Shown: positions 1-10,543, numbered from the stretch's first letter. The stretch is 64,000 nucleotides of DNA from Clostridia bacterium (GCA_017625675.1 JAGAKK010000052.1:50225-114224), one strand, 5' to 3'. A program made the numbers and translations. Notes: generated by a model from the sequence alone, not told the origin.

Positions 1-985
1 CGTTGCCGTTAATCCTGCTATACACTCTGTGAACAAACCAATATGACCACGGCCATATTCCCGCCCAAAGAGCCATTATTTTAAGTTTTACTCCATACGC
101 CTCTCCTTTTATCACTACGCCAAGCTTTGACCTGAGTTCTTTACGCGCTTCTTTACGTACTGGCCTTATCAACTCCGAGTTTTCTTTCACGATTCTTGTA
201 GAAAGTGATATTAATTCCCTTATAAGTTTTCTTTCCACTATCATTTTTATGTTTTTCGGCATATCTTTTGCCAAGAGATGCCTTGATACTTTTATTGGAT
301 CAAGAAGTTGGTGAATATTTAAACTTTTATTTGCTGCAGAATCCTGCCTCACCAAGTAATGATACGGACAAAAGTCTTCAAAAACTGATTTTTCAGAAAC
401 AGAAAACAAATAGTAGTTCATCAACAAGTCTTCCGTGTTTTTTATAGAAAAATCCATTTGCGTTTTTATGTCTGATTTTTCAAAGATACTTTTTTTAAAC
501 AACTTATTTACAAGCCCCGGCTCTATAAAAAGGCCTTCCAACAAATCTTTTTGTCCTGTAATATGGTCTTGTTCTACGAGCTTACCGGTTCCGTAATACA
601 AGTCTGTCCTGCTGGGAAAAACCATCTGATAACCACAATGTGAAATTTCAGCATTGTACTTCAGTGCATTGCCAAGAAGCCTCTCGTACATATCAGGATC
701 AATGATATCATCTCCGTCTACAAAACCTATCCAATCACCTTTCGCCTTTTCGACACCAGTAAGCCTTGCGTTTGTAACACCACCATTTTCAATATGAAAA
801 ACTTTTATTTTTTCGGGATACTTTTCAGCATATTCATCGGCAACCTTGCCTGTAGCATCCTTAGAACCATCATTTACCACTATAATTTCTATGTTAGGAT
901 AGCTTTGAGCAAGAACACTATCTAAAGTTCGCGCCAAGTATACTTCAATGTTGTATGCCGGAATAATCACGCTAATTAAGCTCAT
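1..985 (-). CDS. Glycosyltransferase family 2 (3' end runs off the window)
   Basis: Absent from the ORF track because it is open at the window edge. My translation from ATG 985-983 gives MSLISVIIPAYNIEVYLARTLDSVLAQSYPNIEIIVVNDGSKDATG...GFVDGDD, a GT-A/GT2 signature with DxD. Purine-rich RBS just upstream. Confidence 0.85.
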   Translation of the reverse strand, partial: MSLISVIIPAYNIEVYLARTLDSVLAQSYPNIEIIVVNDGSKDATGKVADEYAEKYPEKIKVFHIENGGVTNARLTGVEKAKGDWIGFVDGDDIIDPDMYERLLGNALKYNAEISHCGYQMVFPSRTDLYYGTGKLVEQDHITGQKDLLEGLFIEPGLVNKLFKKSIFEKSDIKTQMDFSIKNTEDLLMNYYLFSVSEKSVFEDFCPYHYLVRQDSAANKSLNIHQLLDPIKVSRHLLAKDMPKNIKMIVERKLIRELISLSTRIVKENSELIRPVRKEARKELRSKLGVVIKGEAYGVKLKIMALWAGIWPWSYWFVHRVYSRINGN

Positions 986-993
986 ACTCTCCC

Positions 994-2835
994 TCATTTC
1001 CTTTTTAACAGACCTCTTACCTTGTACCAATAAGGCGCCAACGCCTCTTTAATCTTTATAACAACCATCTTTGCTTTTGACGTTTTCTTCACCTTGCTGC
1101 CGGTGTGCTCGTTTACGATAGAAACCATTTCTTCTGCAAGTTTATAGTACACAGGCTTTATATAGTGATTGAAATGATCGTAAAAACTGCTTTGGTCAAC
1201 CAGGTATTTATTTACATCCAAAAGCCTTATTCCCAGCACTTCTTCCCCCAGTTTTCTTACAGCCCCATTAATATTTTTGTGAACAATATGCCTGTCCTTA
1301 TATGCCTCAAAAGTATTTTTTTCATAATACATTTCACCGCCAAGCATTACCGCCAGCAAACAATCTTCCGGAAGATTTTTCCTTATATATCGCAAATTCT
1401 CTACTATTTGCTCAGGACTGTTTCTGCCTATGAACTCATATTGTTCCGAAAATTCCTCCAAGATCTCTTCTGTAAACTTAAATCCTGCGCAATTATATTC
1501 TCCGCTGATAAGTCCCGGCCAGCTTGCCCTGTCGGTAACAGGGTGTAGATATTCAATGAATGCAAACCGTTCTCCGGTATCTTTTCTTCTGTACACACCT
1601 AAATTCGCATCGGCAAGGATGCTGAGAAAAACGACCTTATAGCCTTTTTTGTAAATATTATCGTTGTAAATGCCAATATCAGTAAAAGGCACTTCATCAA
1701 TAACACGTTTTTTCTGTTCTTCGCTAAGCCTTAACGCTTCTACCACGTGAGTAGTATGTCCCGTAGATTCTATGGTCAAATTGTTTGGCAAACTATATGT
1801 AAATTCCGTGTCAAAAAGTTCGGTCTGCGAAATATAGGGAAACACTTGAAATAAGTCGCAGGGCCCTTTTATCAAAACTGTGTGGGCCTTTAAATTGTCA
1901 ATAGACATTGTCCCCGAAGCTCCGTCACCCACAGTTTCGTCATCATTGTTTATCCAATGGGGCAACTCCGTTGAAGAAAGGTCGCTTATTACTTCTCCTA
2001 CGATTTCAAGTTCGGGTCTTCCGAGATAATTGTAGGTATATTGCTCAATACCCATACCCAAAGTTCGGCAAGAGAACACAAAGTGCAATAATTTATTTTC
2101 CTTCATTGCATAAAAACCTACAATTCCGTAATCGCCAAACTTGTCCTTTACAGAGACATATCCCGCACTCACTGCAGGGTCATTAAGGGTTTTTGCCAGG
2201 TCCTCTGCGGAGCTCCTTACTTTTGTAAAATTTAATTGATTTGCTCGAAGTATAAGATCTTCTATTCTTTTCAGTTCGTTAAGGCAATCTTTTTTAATTT
2301 CTAATTTTATATTGCTCTCGGCAAGAAATGCCTCGTTTGAGGAATAAGCGCTCTTGGCGGTGTGCTTCTCTTCAAGCACTTTATATTGCTTTAGCCTCTT
2401 GTGTTCCTTGTCCTCTTTTGTAGAGTCCATAGCATCACTTAACAAATTCTCTATCTCGTCAGGATCTGCAACCATTATGCCCTCATTAAAATACTTTGCC
2501 TCTTCACGATTTGAGTGATTGTCATCAAGGAAAAGCACGTTAGGGGCGCGAAGCTGCATATCGCTGATTAAAGTCTTGATTCGTTGGCCCTTAGGCTCCC
2601 AATTAACGGAGGGAAATACAAAATATTCCCAAAGACCCATTTGCTCAAGGCGAGCCTTTACGTTTTCAGCATCGTTTTTACTGCATATTGAATTTACGAT
2701 GCCAATATCAGTAAGTCTTTTTATAAGCTTTACATTATTTTCGGGCACGATAATATTGCCCTCTGTAACAGTTCCCTGCCAGAAGGTTTCATCAAGGTCC
2801 CAAATAACCAATTTGATTTTTTCAAACTCGTACAT
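994..2835 (-). CDS. FkbH-like / HAD-IIIC family protein with ~300-aa C-terminal extension
   Basis: ORF 994..2892. Start moved to MYEFEK (ATG at 2835, AAGGTGAG RBS), which removes the overlap with the upstream gene. HAD motif I LVIWDLDETFWQGT, then SKN and FLDDN. Family hallmarks RANQLNFT and FGDYGIVGF. Confidence 0.75.
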   Translation of the reverse strand: MYEFEKIKLVIWDLDETFWQGTVTEGNIIVPENNVKLIKRLTDIGIVNSICSKNDAENVKARLEQMGLWEYFVFPSVNWEPKGQRIKTLISDMQLRAPNVLFLDDNHSNREEAKYFNEGIMVADPDEIENLLSDAMDSTKEDKEHKRLKQYKVLEEKHTAKSAYSSNEAFLAESNIKLEIKKDCLNELKRIEDLILRANQLNFTKVRSSAEDLAKTLNDPAVSAGYVSVKDKFGDYGIVGFYAMKENKLLHFVFSCRTLGMGIEQYTYNYLGRPELEIVGEVISDLSSTELPHWINNDDETVGDGASGTMSIDNLKAHTVLIKGPCDLFQVFPYISQTELFDTEFTYSLPNNLTIESTGHTTHVVEALRLSEEQKKRVIDEVPFTDIGIYNDNIYKKGYKVVFLSILADANLGVYRRKDTGERFAFIEYLHPVTDRASWPGLISGEYNCAGFKFTEEILEEFSEQYEFIGRNSPEQIVENLRYIRKNLPEDCLLAVMLGGEMYYEKNTFEAYKDRHIVHKNINGAVRKLGEEVLGIRLLDVNKYLVDQSSFYDHFNHYIKPVYYKLAEEMVSIVNEHTGSKVKKTSKAKMVVIKIKEALAPYWYKVRGLLKRK

Positions 2836-2837
2836 AA

Positions 2838-3683
2838 TCAACTCACCTTTACTATCACAAGCTCCGCAGGATTGTTTATCCTCGGTATCCATATCGCATT
2901 GCCAAGTCCCCTGGAAATCACCATGGTGGCCGTTTCACTTTTAAAAACTCCCTCCGTAAACTTTGGCATAAAGCCTTGCTCCGGAGAATATATTCCCTGC
3001 CCGTCAGGAAGCCTTACCTGGCCGCCGTGGGCGTGACCGCAAAGCACAAGGTCAATTTCACATTTCATGAAATAGTGCATATATTCAGGCTGATGACAAA
3101 GTAGCAACTTGTACGGTTCATCTTCTGCGGAATAATCATCCAAAAAGACTCTTCCCGGACAGCCTTTTTCGGGGTTTGAATCAAGGCATCCAACCCGTAT
3201 TTTATTTCCATCAATTTCAATGTCCTCATGTTCCTGAGACAATAATATTGCCCCGGAAACTTCAATTTCCTCTATAACATTTGTTGTGTCAACAATTGCC
3301 TGCTCGTGATTGCCTAATGCAAAATACGTAGGAGCTATTTCGCAAAACTTTTCGAGGAGCGGCCGCAACACGGAAATATCATCCGGTTCAGACCTTGTGA
3401 TGATGTCACCTACCACGGCAATGATATCCGGCTCCTGCTTTTTCACCGCTTCTATTAATTCACTGTTTTCCTCGCCATAGCGGTGGTTGTGAAGATCGCA
3501 TACCAGCGCCACTGTAAGTTCCCTGTCAATCTTTTCAGACTCCATTTCATACACGGTAATACCCATTTGGTATTGAAGATTGTCAAAGTGTGCGTATATC
3601 ACTGACAGAATTACCGCAACAATTAGGAAAAGCGGCACCGCTCTTTTGAGTATTCGGTTGGAAGGCTTCTTTTTGTTATTCAA
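2838..3683 (-). CDS. Calcineurin-like metallophosphoesterase with N-terminal membrane anchor
   Basis: Motifs CDLHNH, VVGDIITR, GNHE, GHAHGGQ. N-terminal hydrophobic segment AVPLFLIVAVILSVIYA. Confidence 0.85.
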   Translation of the reverse strand: MNNKKKPSNRILKRAVPLFLIVAVILSVIYAHFDNLQYQMGITVYEMESEKIDRELTVALVCDLHNHRYGEENSELIEAVKKQEPDIIAVVGDIITRSEPDDISVLRPLLEKFCEIAPTYFALGNHEQAIVDTTNVIEEIEVSGAILLSQEHEDIEIDGNKIRVGCLDSNPEKGCPGRVFLDDYSAEDEPYKLLLCHQPEYMHYFMKCEIDLVLCGHAHGGQVRLPDGQGIYSPEQGFMPKFTEGVFKSETATMVISRGLGNAIWIPRINNPAELVIVKVS

Positions 3684-3692
3684 GAGAACTCC

Positions 3693-4586
3693 TCACTTTT
3701 TCTTAAATAAGTGTCTCAGTTTGTGTACAAAGGCCGAAAGATAAATGATTATCTTCGGTGCGCCGATAAACTCGGCAATTTGGTTTTTAGAGTATCTTTC
3801 TGACATATCGCAGTAGAAAATATAGTACATCATTATTTTATTTTTTAACGGATAATGACAAAACTCTGCTTTTTCACGAAGCCACAGACCATATGCGCGA
3901 GGTCTTTCTAAAAACCTCTTACTTCCTGATGCAGTAAGACCATCAGATTGATATTCATAAACCCAGATTATGTCGTTAAAAAACCTCATTATATATCCAT
4001 CATTTGCCATACGATTCCATGGCACTGCAGGAGTAACAAAATTTTCTCCTTCAAACTCAGGATATTTGTATTTTTTTTGAATCTCTGTATAGAAAACAAC
4101 TGCTCTTTCACCATCAATGGGATTGTCGCTGTACTCAGCATACCTTGCAAGCAGCGAATCATCTCTGTACTCTCCATCAAAAGGAGTGTTCGGGGTTTCA
4201 GTCTTCGAAGTTCCAAGATTTCCAGCTATACCGCAATATTTTTTATTCTTTGGAAGTTCTCGTTCCCAGCGATCAACCTTTTCCAAGGCATCATCGGTAA
4301 GATAATCGTCCGAATCTACATTAAAAAACAACTCTCCTTCTGCACGATCAACTCCGTAATTTATTGCACGACCTTTGCCACCGTTTTCTTTTTTAAAATA
4401 TTTTATAGGAAAACCGTTATCATCTGCTTGAATAAAGGAATTAATCAACTCTGTAGTGTTATCCGTAGACCCGTCATCCACTATAAGCCATTCAAAATCT
4501 TTAAATGTCTGGCGACGTAATGAATTATATAAATTTGTTATTATGTATGCCCTGTTATATGTAGGCGTAAAAACTGTAATTCTCAT
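3693..4586 (-). CDS. Glycosyltransferase family 2
   Basis: ORF 3693..4622. Start placed at MRITVFTPTYNRAY (ATG 4586, GGAGG about 8 nt upstream). VDDGSTD and DSDD motifs. Confidence 0.85.
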   Translation of the reverse strand: MRITVFTPTYNRAYIITNLYNSLRRQTFKDFEWLIVDDGSTDNTTELINSFIQADDNGFPIKYFKKENGGKGRAINYGVDRAEGELFFNVDSDDYLTDDALEKVDRWERELPKNKKYCGIAGNLGTSKTETPNTPFDGEYRDDSLLARYAEYSDNPIDGERAVVFYTEIQKKYKYPEFEGENFVTPAVPWNRMANDGYIMRFFNDIIWVYEYQSDGLTASGSKRFLERPRAYGLWLREKAEFCHYPLKNKIMMYYIFYCDMSERYSKNQIAEFIGAPKIIIYLSAFVHKLRHLFKKK

Positions 4587-4587
4587 A

Positions 4588-5703
4588 CTACAATTCCTCC
4601 AGCATCCTCTCCACCGCCGCAACGGTTTTCTCTGTACTGAAATCTTTTCCTCTTATTGCCGCCTGCTCCTTGTAATGCTTGTACAATTCCTTGTGGTCAA
4701 GGAGTTTTTTTATTCCCTCATAAAGAGCATTTTCGTCATTGTCGGTAATAATTCCGAACTCGTTGTTGCTGCCAAGCATTTCCTCCATGCCCGACACCTT
4801 AGTCGTCACCACAGGAGTTCCCACGATAAGCGCCTCTGTGGCCGCCGTAGAAAAACCCTCTGCGTGGCTTGCACAAACGTACAAATCACACCTTGTAACA
4901 TACTTGTAAGGATTAAGCTGATACCCTAAGAAAGTGACATTCTCCGCTATCCCATTATCCTTGCAATATTGCTCCAACTCCGCTTGCTGTTCACCTACAC
5001 CTAATGCATAGAAATGAACTTTATAACCTTCGTCCAGCAAGCGCTTTTGTATACGGAGCATACGGTCGAAACCTTTGTTAGGAAGCAATTTCCCTACGCT
5101 ACACCAGTTAAAACAGTCGGATTCAAATACACCCACTTCAACATTCTCGGCAGCTTTTCCCAGTATAACATCACTTTCGTTAATATTATAAAGGACCGCA
5201 CTCTTTTCCTCAACAACAGGACAGTTCTCCAAAAATGCTTTTTTTACACCCTCTGACACAAACACCATCTTGTTAAAGTTTTTATAACAAAGAACAGCCT
5301 CTTTATAATTTCTGAAGGATTGTGCCACCTCTTTTTGAGAAGACATTGTACAATGTATCCAGCAAACCGTTTTAGTCTTTTCGTCCTGACATCCGCTGAT
5401 TACCCTTGCCGCAGGACCTTCAAGATACGCCACCTCAATGTCGTAATACTCTTTAATAAGCATCTTGTGCAGTTGTTTTGGTGTGGCAAGCTTCATCACG
5501 TGAGAATTTCCAGGAAAGTCCCTTTTGTAGCCACCGATATATCTTATGTGGGGCTTAAGAAACTGGCGGTTTTCGCCCACGTCAAACAAAGTCTGCACGG
5601 TAATATCAAATTTTTCGGGATCCATATTATTCACAAGGTTCACAAGCACCTTTTCGGCACCTCCGTGACCGAGATCATGGATCAAAAAAAGGATTTTTGT
5701 CAT
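4588..5703 (-). CDS. Glycosyltransferase family 4 (GT-B)
   Basis: N-terminal LIHDLGHGGAEKV; C-terminal E-x7-E region SHAEGFSTAATEALIVGTPVVTT. Confidence 0.85.
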   Translation of the reverse strand: MTKILFLIHDLGHGGAEKVLVNLVNNMDPEKFDITVQTLFDVGENRQFLKPHIRYIGGYKRDFPGNSHVMKLATPKQLHKMLIKEYYDIEVAYLEGPAARVISGCQDEKTKTVCWIHCTMSSQKEVAQSFRNYKEAVLCYKNFNKMVFVSEGVKKAFLENCPVVEEKSAVLYNINESDVILGKAAENVEVGVFESDCFNWCSVGKLLPNKGFDRMLRIQKRLLDEGYKVHFYALGVGEQQAELEQYCKDNGIAENVTFLGYQLNPYKYVTRCDLYVCASHAEGFSTAATEALIVGTPVVTTKVSGMEEMLGSNNEFGIITDNDENALYEGIKKLLDHKELYKHYKEQAAIRGKDFSTEKTVAAVERMLEEL

Positions 5704-5712
5704 ACTATCACT

Positions 5713-6558
5713 TCACTTTTCCGATGTTTCAGAATTCCTCTCACTTCTCTGTTTCATTTTCCACACATGTAACTTTTTATATATAGGCATAGGCACAAAG
5801 TATGTAAAGATTTGAAAATATGCTTTTTTAAAACAAGCAAAGCCCTTTAATCCCATCCGCTTAAATGCCTTTCGGAGTGTTTTTGCCGTATTAAGTCGAT
5901 TTTTAAAATCTCTCCTTTTCACGGCGTTTTCATCTTCAAGAATTGTGTACAGTTCATCCGGTATATTGTATCCTTTAAATCCTGCTGCAAAAAACCTTGA
6001 CCACAAGTCAAGATCCTCGCATCGTTCTACATAGGGCTCAAGAGAATATCCATCCAATGCATCATACACCCGTTTATATGTCATAATCGTTGCGTGGGAA
6101 AAACAATTACAATGGAGCATATCTTTCGGTTCCGGCTCCGCAGGTTGGATTATAGTTGTCAGTGTCTTGGTTCCATCTGATACAATAATACCGGTCCCCA
6201 ACAAATCTACATCCCGGTGTTCTTTCATAAATGCCACCTGTTTCTCAAACCTGTCAGGACTGGACCAGTCATCGGCATCCATTCTGGCAACCAATTCTGT
6301 TTCAACATATTCCAAACAATGATTTAATGAAAAAGGCAGCTTTTTGTTTTCTTCGTTCTGTATAATAACAAATTTTCCGGAGTGCTTTTCTTTATATTCG
6401 TTAAGTATTTTTACTGTTTCATCACTTGACCCGTCATCACAGCATATCATTACCCAGTTATCATAGGTTTGTGCCAAAATGGAGTCAATCGCTTTATTCA
6501 CCGTCTTTGCACAATTGTAGCAAGCCATTATTACTGATATTTTAGGATTATCGCTCAT
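5713..6558 (-). CDS. Glycosyltransferase family 2
   Basis: ISVIMACYNCAKTV, CDDGSSDET, RMDADD. Overlaps the stop of the upstream gene by 11 nt. Confidence 0.85.
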   Translation of the reverse strand: MSDNPKISVIMACYNCAKTVNKAIDSILAQTYDNWVMICCDDGSSDETVKILNEYKEKHSGKFVIIQNEENKKLPFSLNHCLEYVETELVARMDADDWSSPDRFEKQVAFMKEHRDVDLLGTGIIVSDGTKTLTTIIQPAEPEPKDMLHCNCFSHATIMTYKRVYDALDGYSLEPYVERCEDLDLWSRFFAAGFKGYNIPDELYTILEDENAVKRRDFKNRLNTAKTLRKAFKRMGLKGFACFKKAYFQIFTYFVPMPIYKKLHVWKMKQRSERNSETSEK

Positions 6559-8344
6559 AATTCACCTCTACTATCTCCCTATTTTCCAGTTCTCCGCCAA
6601 ACTCATACTTCACACCGCTGCCGCTTTCTTCTGTGGCCTTAAACCCTATTCCCTCAAGGGTATTTCTGAGAAGGATGTTTTTCTTTGTCTTAATAACCTG
6701 AAATACACCCTTGCCACAATTCTCTTTTTCAAGAAGTCCGCTGAACAAAGCGCTTTCTACATATTTTCCTGCCACTCTGCAGGACATTGCAAACTCCGTA
6801 AAGACCAGTTCATTTTCCACAACCCTGTACTGTCCGAAGCCAACGATTCCGTACTCTCCGAAATCGTCCTTGCAGGAGAAGGCAAAGTTCCTGTGATTTT
6901 CCCTTGCAAGCACCTTTGCAAATTCTTCCTCGGTGTATTTGATGCCGGACATATTGAGCTGGTTTGTTCTCACCACAAGCTCATAGCACCTTGCAATATC
7001 ACCCTCATCAACAGGAGTGAAAAGTTCAATTTTCAGGTTGCACTTTTTGAGGAACGCAATGGTGTCGCCGTTGTCGGCACTTTTAAGGAGCTGGTTTCGC
7101 TTTTCCTCTGCCTTGTACATAAGGCGCCTGTTTTTGCTCTCCTCAGTTATCATAACGTCAAACTCAGGGTATGAAAGAAGCTTTTCAACCTCCGTTTCAT
7201 CGTAAACCCGCACCTCGGGAAGCATTGCACTCACCTGATTTCTCTCGTAAACAGCGTCGTCAATAAGTGCCAGAGAATCAATACCAATGTTGAGGCTTTT
7301 CGCAATTGATTCCATGGATGCGCTCTTTGCGTTCCAATGTATCTGAGGATATATAAAATATTCTGCAAGACCTGTTTTCTCAACTACTGCCCACGCCTGT
7401 TCGTATTCATTTTTGCTGGCAATGGACTGTATAATGCCCCTTTCGTCAAGAGCCTTAACAAGGCTTGCCACCTGAGGCTTTACGGCAAGGGTATCAGGGT
7501 CTTCTGTTTCAATCAAAATACCATCCCAGAAGGTATTATCAAGGTCCCAGACAACGCATTTGACCTTGGCCGCAGGCTTTCTGTCTGCATTGTCAATTGC
7601 CTTTTTCTCACACTTTACAAAGTCGCACCAGAGAATATCAAGCTCTGCCGCAAAATCATTTTCGGGGTATATTTTTACCACGTTATCAGTGTTAAAGCAC
7701 TCTGCAGTAAGCTTGTCACCGTCAAGGACGTAAAGATTTTCGCCCTTTTCAATGTTAAAGGATGTTTTAAACACCGACGTATGATCTGTGTATACCTCCA
7801 TTACCAGACGATAATTTTCTTCGTTATAGCTGTAGCAATGAAGAATAAATGCATTGGCCTTTATCTCGGCATTGCCAACGCCCTTTCGGAGGCTCCTTCT
7901 TCTCAAAAACTCGGGAATCCTTATACCCTCCCACTTTACCCTTGTAGGAAGCTTGCTGTCCGCAATCTTTTTAAAGCGATTGCCCTTTTTTTGGTTCTTT
8001 TTTGTAAGTTTTTTGTACTCTTCCGGTGAAAGCATTGTAGGGAAAAGTACCGTCATCATATTGGCCCATTTACGGAAAGTAATATGCGCGCCCTGACCGC
8101 AACAACCTCTTTCGTCCTCAAAAACTGTAATTCCGTTTTCAAAACGTTTACATCTTCCGTCGGTTCTTGCCGCATAATGCACACAATTATTGAAGCAAAG
8201 GGGCGCGGCGCACTCAAGGCAATGCTCCTCCCACATAGCAGGGCGGATTGCCTCTATTTCGTACTCGTTATTGATGTTTCTTTTAATCCCTTCCGCAGGA
8301 AACTTTTTTTCCTTTTCCTCTGCGGCGTAATAAAATTGATACAC
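6548..8344 (-). CDS. FkbH-like / HAD-IIIC family protein with ~255-aa Cys-rich N-terminal domain
   Basis: HAD motif I CVVWDLDNTFWDG, SKN, LIDD. Hallmarks RTNQLNMS and FGEYGIVGF. N-terminal CLECAAPLCFNNC...C...CC cluster. Confidence 0.75.
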   Translation of the reverse strand: MYQFYYAAEEKEKKFPAEGIKRNINNEYEIEAIRPAMWEEHCLECAAPLCFNNCVHYAARTDGRCKRFENGITVFEDERGCCGQGAHITFRKWANMMTVLFPTMLSPEEYKKLTKKNQKKGNRFKKIADSKLPTRVKWEGIRIPEFLRRRSLRKGVGNAEIKANAFILHCYSYNEENYRLVMEVYTDHTSVFKTSFNIEKGENLYVLDGDKLTAECFNTDNVVKIYPENDFAAELDILWCDFVKCEKKAIDNADRKPAAKVKCVVWDLDNTFWDGILIETEDPDTLAVKPQVASLVKALDERGIIQSIASKNEYEQAWAVVEKTGLAEYFIYPQIHWNAKSASMESIAKSLNIGIDSLALIDDAVYERNQVSAMLPEVRVYDETEVEKLLSYPEFDVMITEESKNRRLMYKAEEKRNQLLKSADNGDTIAFLKKCNLKIELFTPVDEGDIARCYELVVRTNQLNMSGIKYTEEEFAKVLARENHRNFAFSCKDDFGEYGIVGFGQYRVVENELVFTEFAMSCRVAGKYVESALFSGLLEKENCGKGVFQVIKTKKNILLRNTLEGIGFKATEESGSGVKYEFGGELENREIVEVNYER

Positions 8345-8378
8345 CTTAAAACCCCTCCGTATTTATTGTAAACCCATA

Positions 8379-9344
8379 TTAACCGAGCTTTACTTCCTCT
8401 GCCGCCTCTTTCATATTAAAGCTTCGCATGCCGTATTTCTCTTTCAGCTCGTCATAATAACTGAAAATCTCTTCCAGTTGCTTCAAATGCTCTGACCTCA
8501 TAATTCCAATGTTGTGAGGATGCCACCAAAGATGAAATGTAAGCCCCTTCTTTGCAGCATTTAGCATCTGTTTTTTTATACGCCTTATCTTAAGGCCTTC
8601 CATAAATTTAAGTTTTTTAAAAATCGGTTTGTACATTCTGGAGCCGATAAGGTTTATGATGCCATCCTCATCTTTTGGAACATAGCCTCCCTTTCCTGTA
8701 AGGGGAAAATATACGTCAGCAAGTCTCAGAAGTCTCATCAAGGGCCTTATTTTTACTTTTTCGTGAATCCAATCATTTTCCTCATCACGGTAAGCGGTAA
8801 AGCCAAGATCCGTTAATATTTTTATGTACTCTTTTTTGCACTGGTTTCGCGGCAATATCACAGAAGTAAGGCGATACCCCTTGTCCTCTGCAATCTTTTT
8901 TGCGCACACCATATCTTCTTTAAATTGTTCGGGAGTCTGGCCGTCCTCAAGGCAATAATAGTGTGAAAAGGTGTGGGAAGCGATTTCCTGATTTTCCGCT
9001 TTGCTTACCTGCTTTATTATCTCCGGAGAAAAATATATTTCTCTCAGCTCCGTATTTACTTTTATATCTTTTATACATCTGTAGCCTGACAGTTCTGTAT
9101 TCGCATACGTAGGAAGTTTACTGCCGTCAGGTAAATACTTCTCAAGATCATTTTCATCTTCTGCAAACATAAATCCTACGGTTGCCCAGGTAGCGTGTAT
9201 GCCGTGTTTTCCGAAAAGCTCAAGAAGCTTTGGTATAGCCTTTCTTGCACCTATAACGTTGTCCCGATATTCCTCCACGGTAGTGACGTCGTGCATACCC
9301 CAAAAAAGTTCAAAATCAAGAGATACGATAAGTGTTCCCTGCAT
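8379..9344 (-). CDS. Polysaccharide deacetylase (NodB/CE4-like) family protein
   Basis: LIVSLDFELFWG (Asp/Glu motif) and HTFSHYY (H-[ST]-x-x-H metal motif). No signal peptide. Confidence 0.7.
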   Translation of the reverse strand: MQGTLIVSLDFELFWGMHDVTTVEEYRDNVIGARKAIPKLLELFGKHGIHATWATVGFMFAEDENDLEKYLPDGSKLPTYANTELSGYRCIKDIKVNTELREIYFSPEIIKQVSKAENQEIASHTFSHYYCLEDGQTPEQFKEDMVCAKKIAEDKGYRLTSVILPRNQCKKEYIKILTDLGFTAYRDEENDWIHEKVKIRPLMRLLRLADVYFPLTGKGGYVPKDEDGIINLIGSRMYKPIFKKLKFMEGLKIRRIKKQMLNAAKKGLTFHLWWHPHNIGIMRSEHLKQLEEIFSYYDELKEKYGMRSFNMKEAAEEVKLG

Positions 9345-10525
9345 TACGCAAACACCCCCTGGATAAATTCGAAAATGGAAATAGAACGGTAACTGTCGCT
9401 AAAGTTTTTTGAAACTATAAACTCGTACAAAAAGTACCCGAAATAACAAACCATAGCAATCACCATTACAGTTTTAGCGGTTTCCTTTTCAAAAGCTTTA
9501 TTTACCACTATAGGAAGGGATATTATCGTACCGAATTCAAAATACGTGGCAAGTCTTGAAAACAGATTTGCTGCACTGACAAGACCAACGCTGTTAACAA
9601 AAAAACATATTATACTCATATTTACAAAAAGATTTTCCGCAGGAGTAGAGTCCTCAAAAAGCTGCTGCCTGAAAACAAAAGTCATTATTGGTACTACCGA
9701 ATACACGAGTACACGAATAAAACTCATACTGTGATTATCAAAAACCTCTTCCGTTGCAACGTGCTTTCCCATATCGTCCGAAGCCTCTATAAAGGTTGTC
9801 AACGTACTTTCAAATGTCAGCATTACAAGAAGTGCTCCGAGCAAAATAATATAAGTTTTTCCCGTCCAGGGTTTTGTCAAAAAGAATGGTAGTACTGCAA
9901 AGATTACGCCGTAAAAATGGAATCCCGCTGCCAAGACTACCAATGCATAAAAAGCCACATATTTTTTTTCCAGAAGTTTATCCACCGCATAGGTGAGTAT
10001 TGCCACCGCAATTGACTGTTTCATGGCAGCCAACATGAAAACGCAAGTTCCCATAGCAATAAAAAGATACATACTTGCAGTAAAGTGGGGTGCATTTTTT
10101 TTCAAAAATCTTACGTAACTATAAAAGCAAAAAATACCGATTATCACAAAAAATATGTGATAATTGTCGGTACGCTCCCTCACAAAAGATTGAAACAAAT
10201 AAAACAGAGGATTTCCCGTGGGTTTGAAACTGTCTGATTCGATATATTCTGCAACGGTATCTGCATGTCTAAAACCATTTCGGTACGCCCATGTATCATT
10301 GTAATCTGTCCTCAATCCCGAGAAAAATCCCATACAAAGTGCCGCCAGCACACACCAGAAGTCCATACGACGAGGAGCCTCCGTCAACGCGCTTGCCACA
10401 GCTTCGCCCGACGAAGGTTTCTTCCCTGCTTTATTCAGTTGATATTCTGCATCATCCTGATGTGACGTCTCCGACATAAATGCCAAAAACGTTACACCGA
10501 AGAGAAGCAACATCAATTTCAGCAT
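9344..10525 (-). CDS. EpsG/Wzy-type polysaccharide polymerase (polytopic membrane protein)
   Basis: 393 aa with roughly 10 hydrophobic segments and a loop pattern resembling EpsG-family polymerases. The call rests on resemblance and locus context only. Confidence 0.6.
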   Translation of the reverse strand: MLKLMLLLFGVTFLAFMSETSHQDDAEYQLNKAGKKPSSGEAVASALTEAPRRMDFWCVLAALCMGFFSGLRTDYNDTWAYRNGFRHADTVAEYIESDSFKPTGNPLFYLFQSFVRERTDNYHIFFVIIGIFCFYSYVRFLKKNAPHFTASMYLFIAMGTCVFMLAAMKQSIAVAILTYAVDKLLEKKYVAFYALVVLAAGFHFYGVIFAVLPFFLTKPWTGKTYIILLGALLVMLTFESTLTTFIEASDDMGKHVATEEVFDNHSMSFIRVLVYSVVPIMTFVFRQQLFEDSTPAENLFVNMSIICFFVNSVGLVSAANLFSRLATYFEFGTIISLPIVVNKAFEKETAKTVMVIAMVCYFGYFLYEFIVSKNFSDSYRSISIFEFIQGVFA

Positions 10526-10543
10526 ATTATCGTGCCTGAGGGA

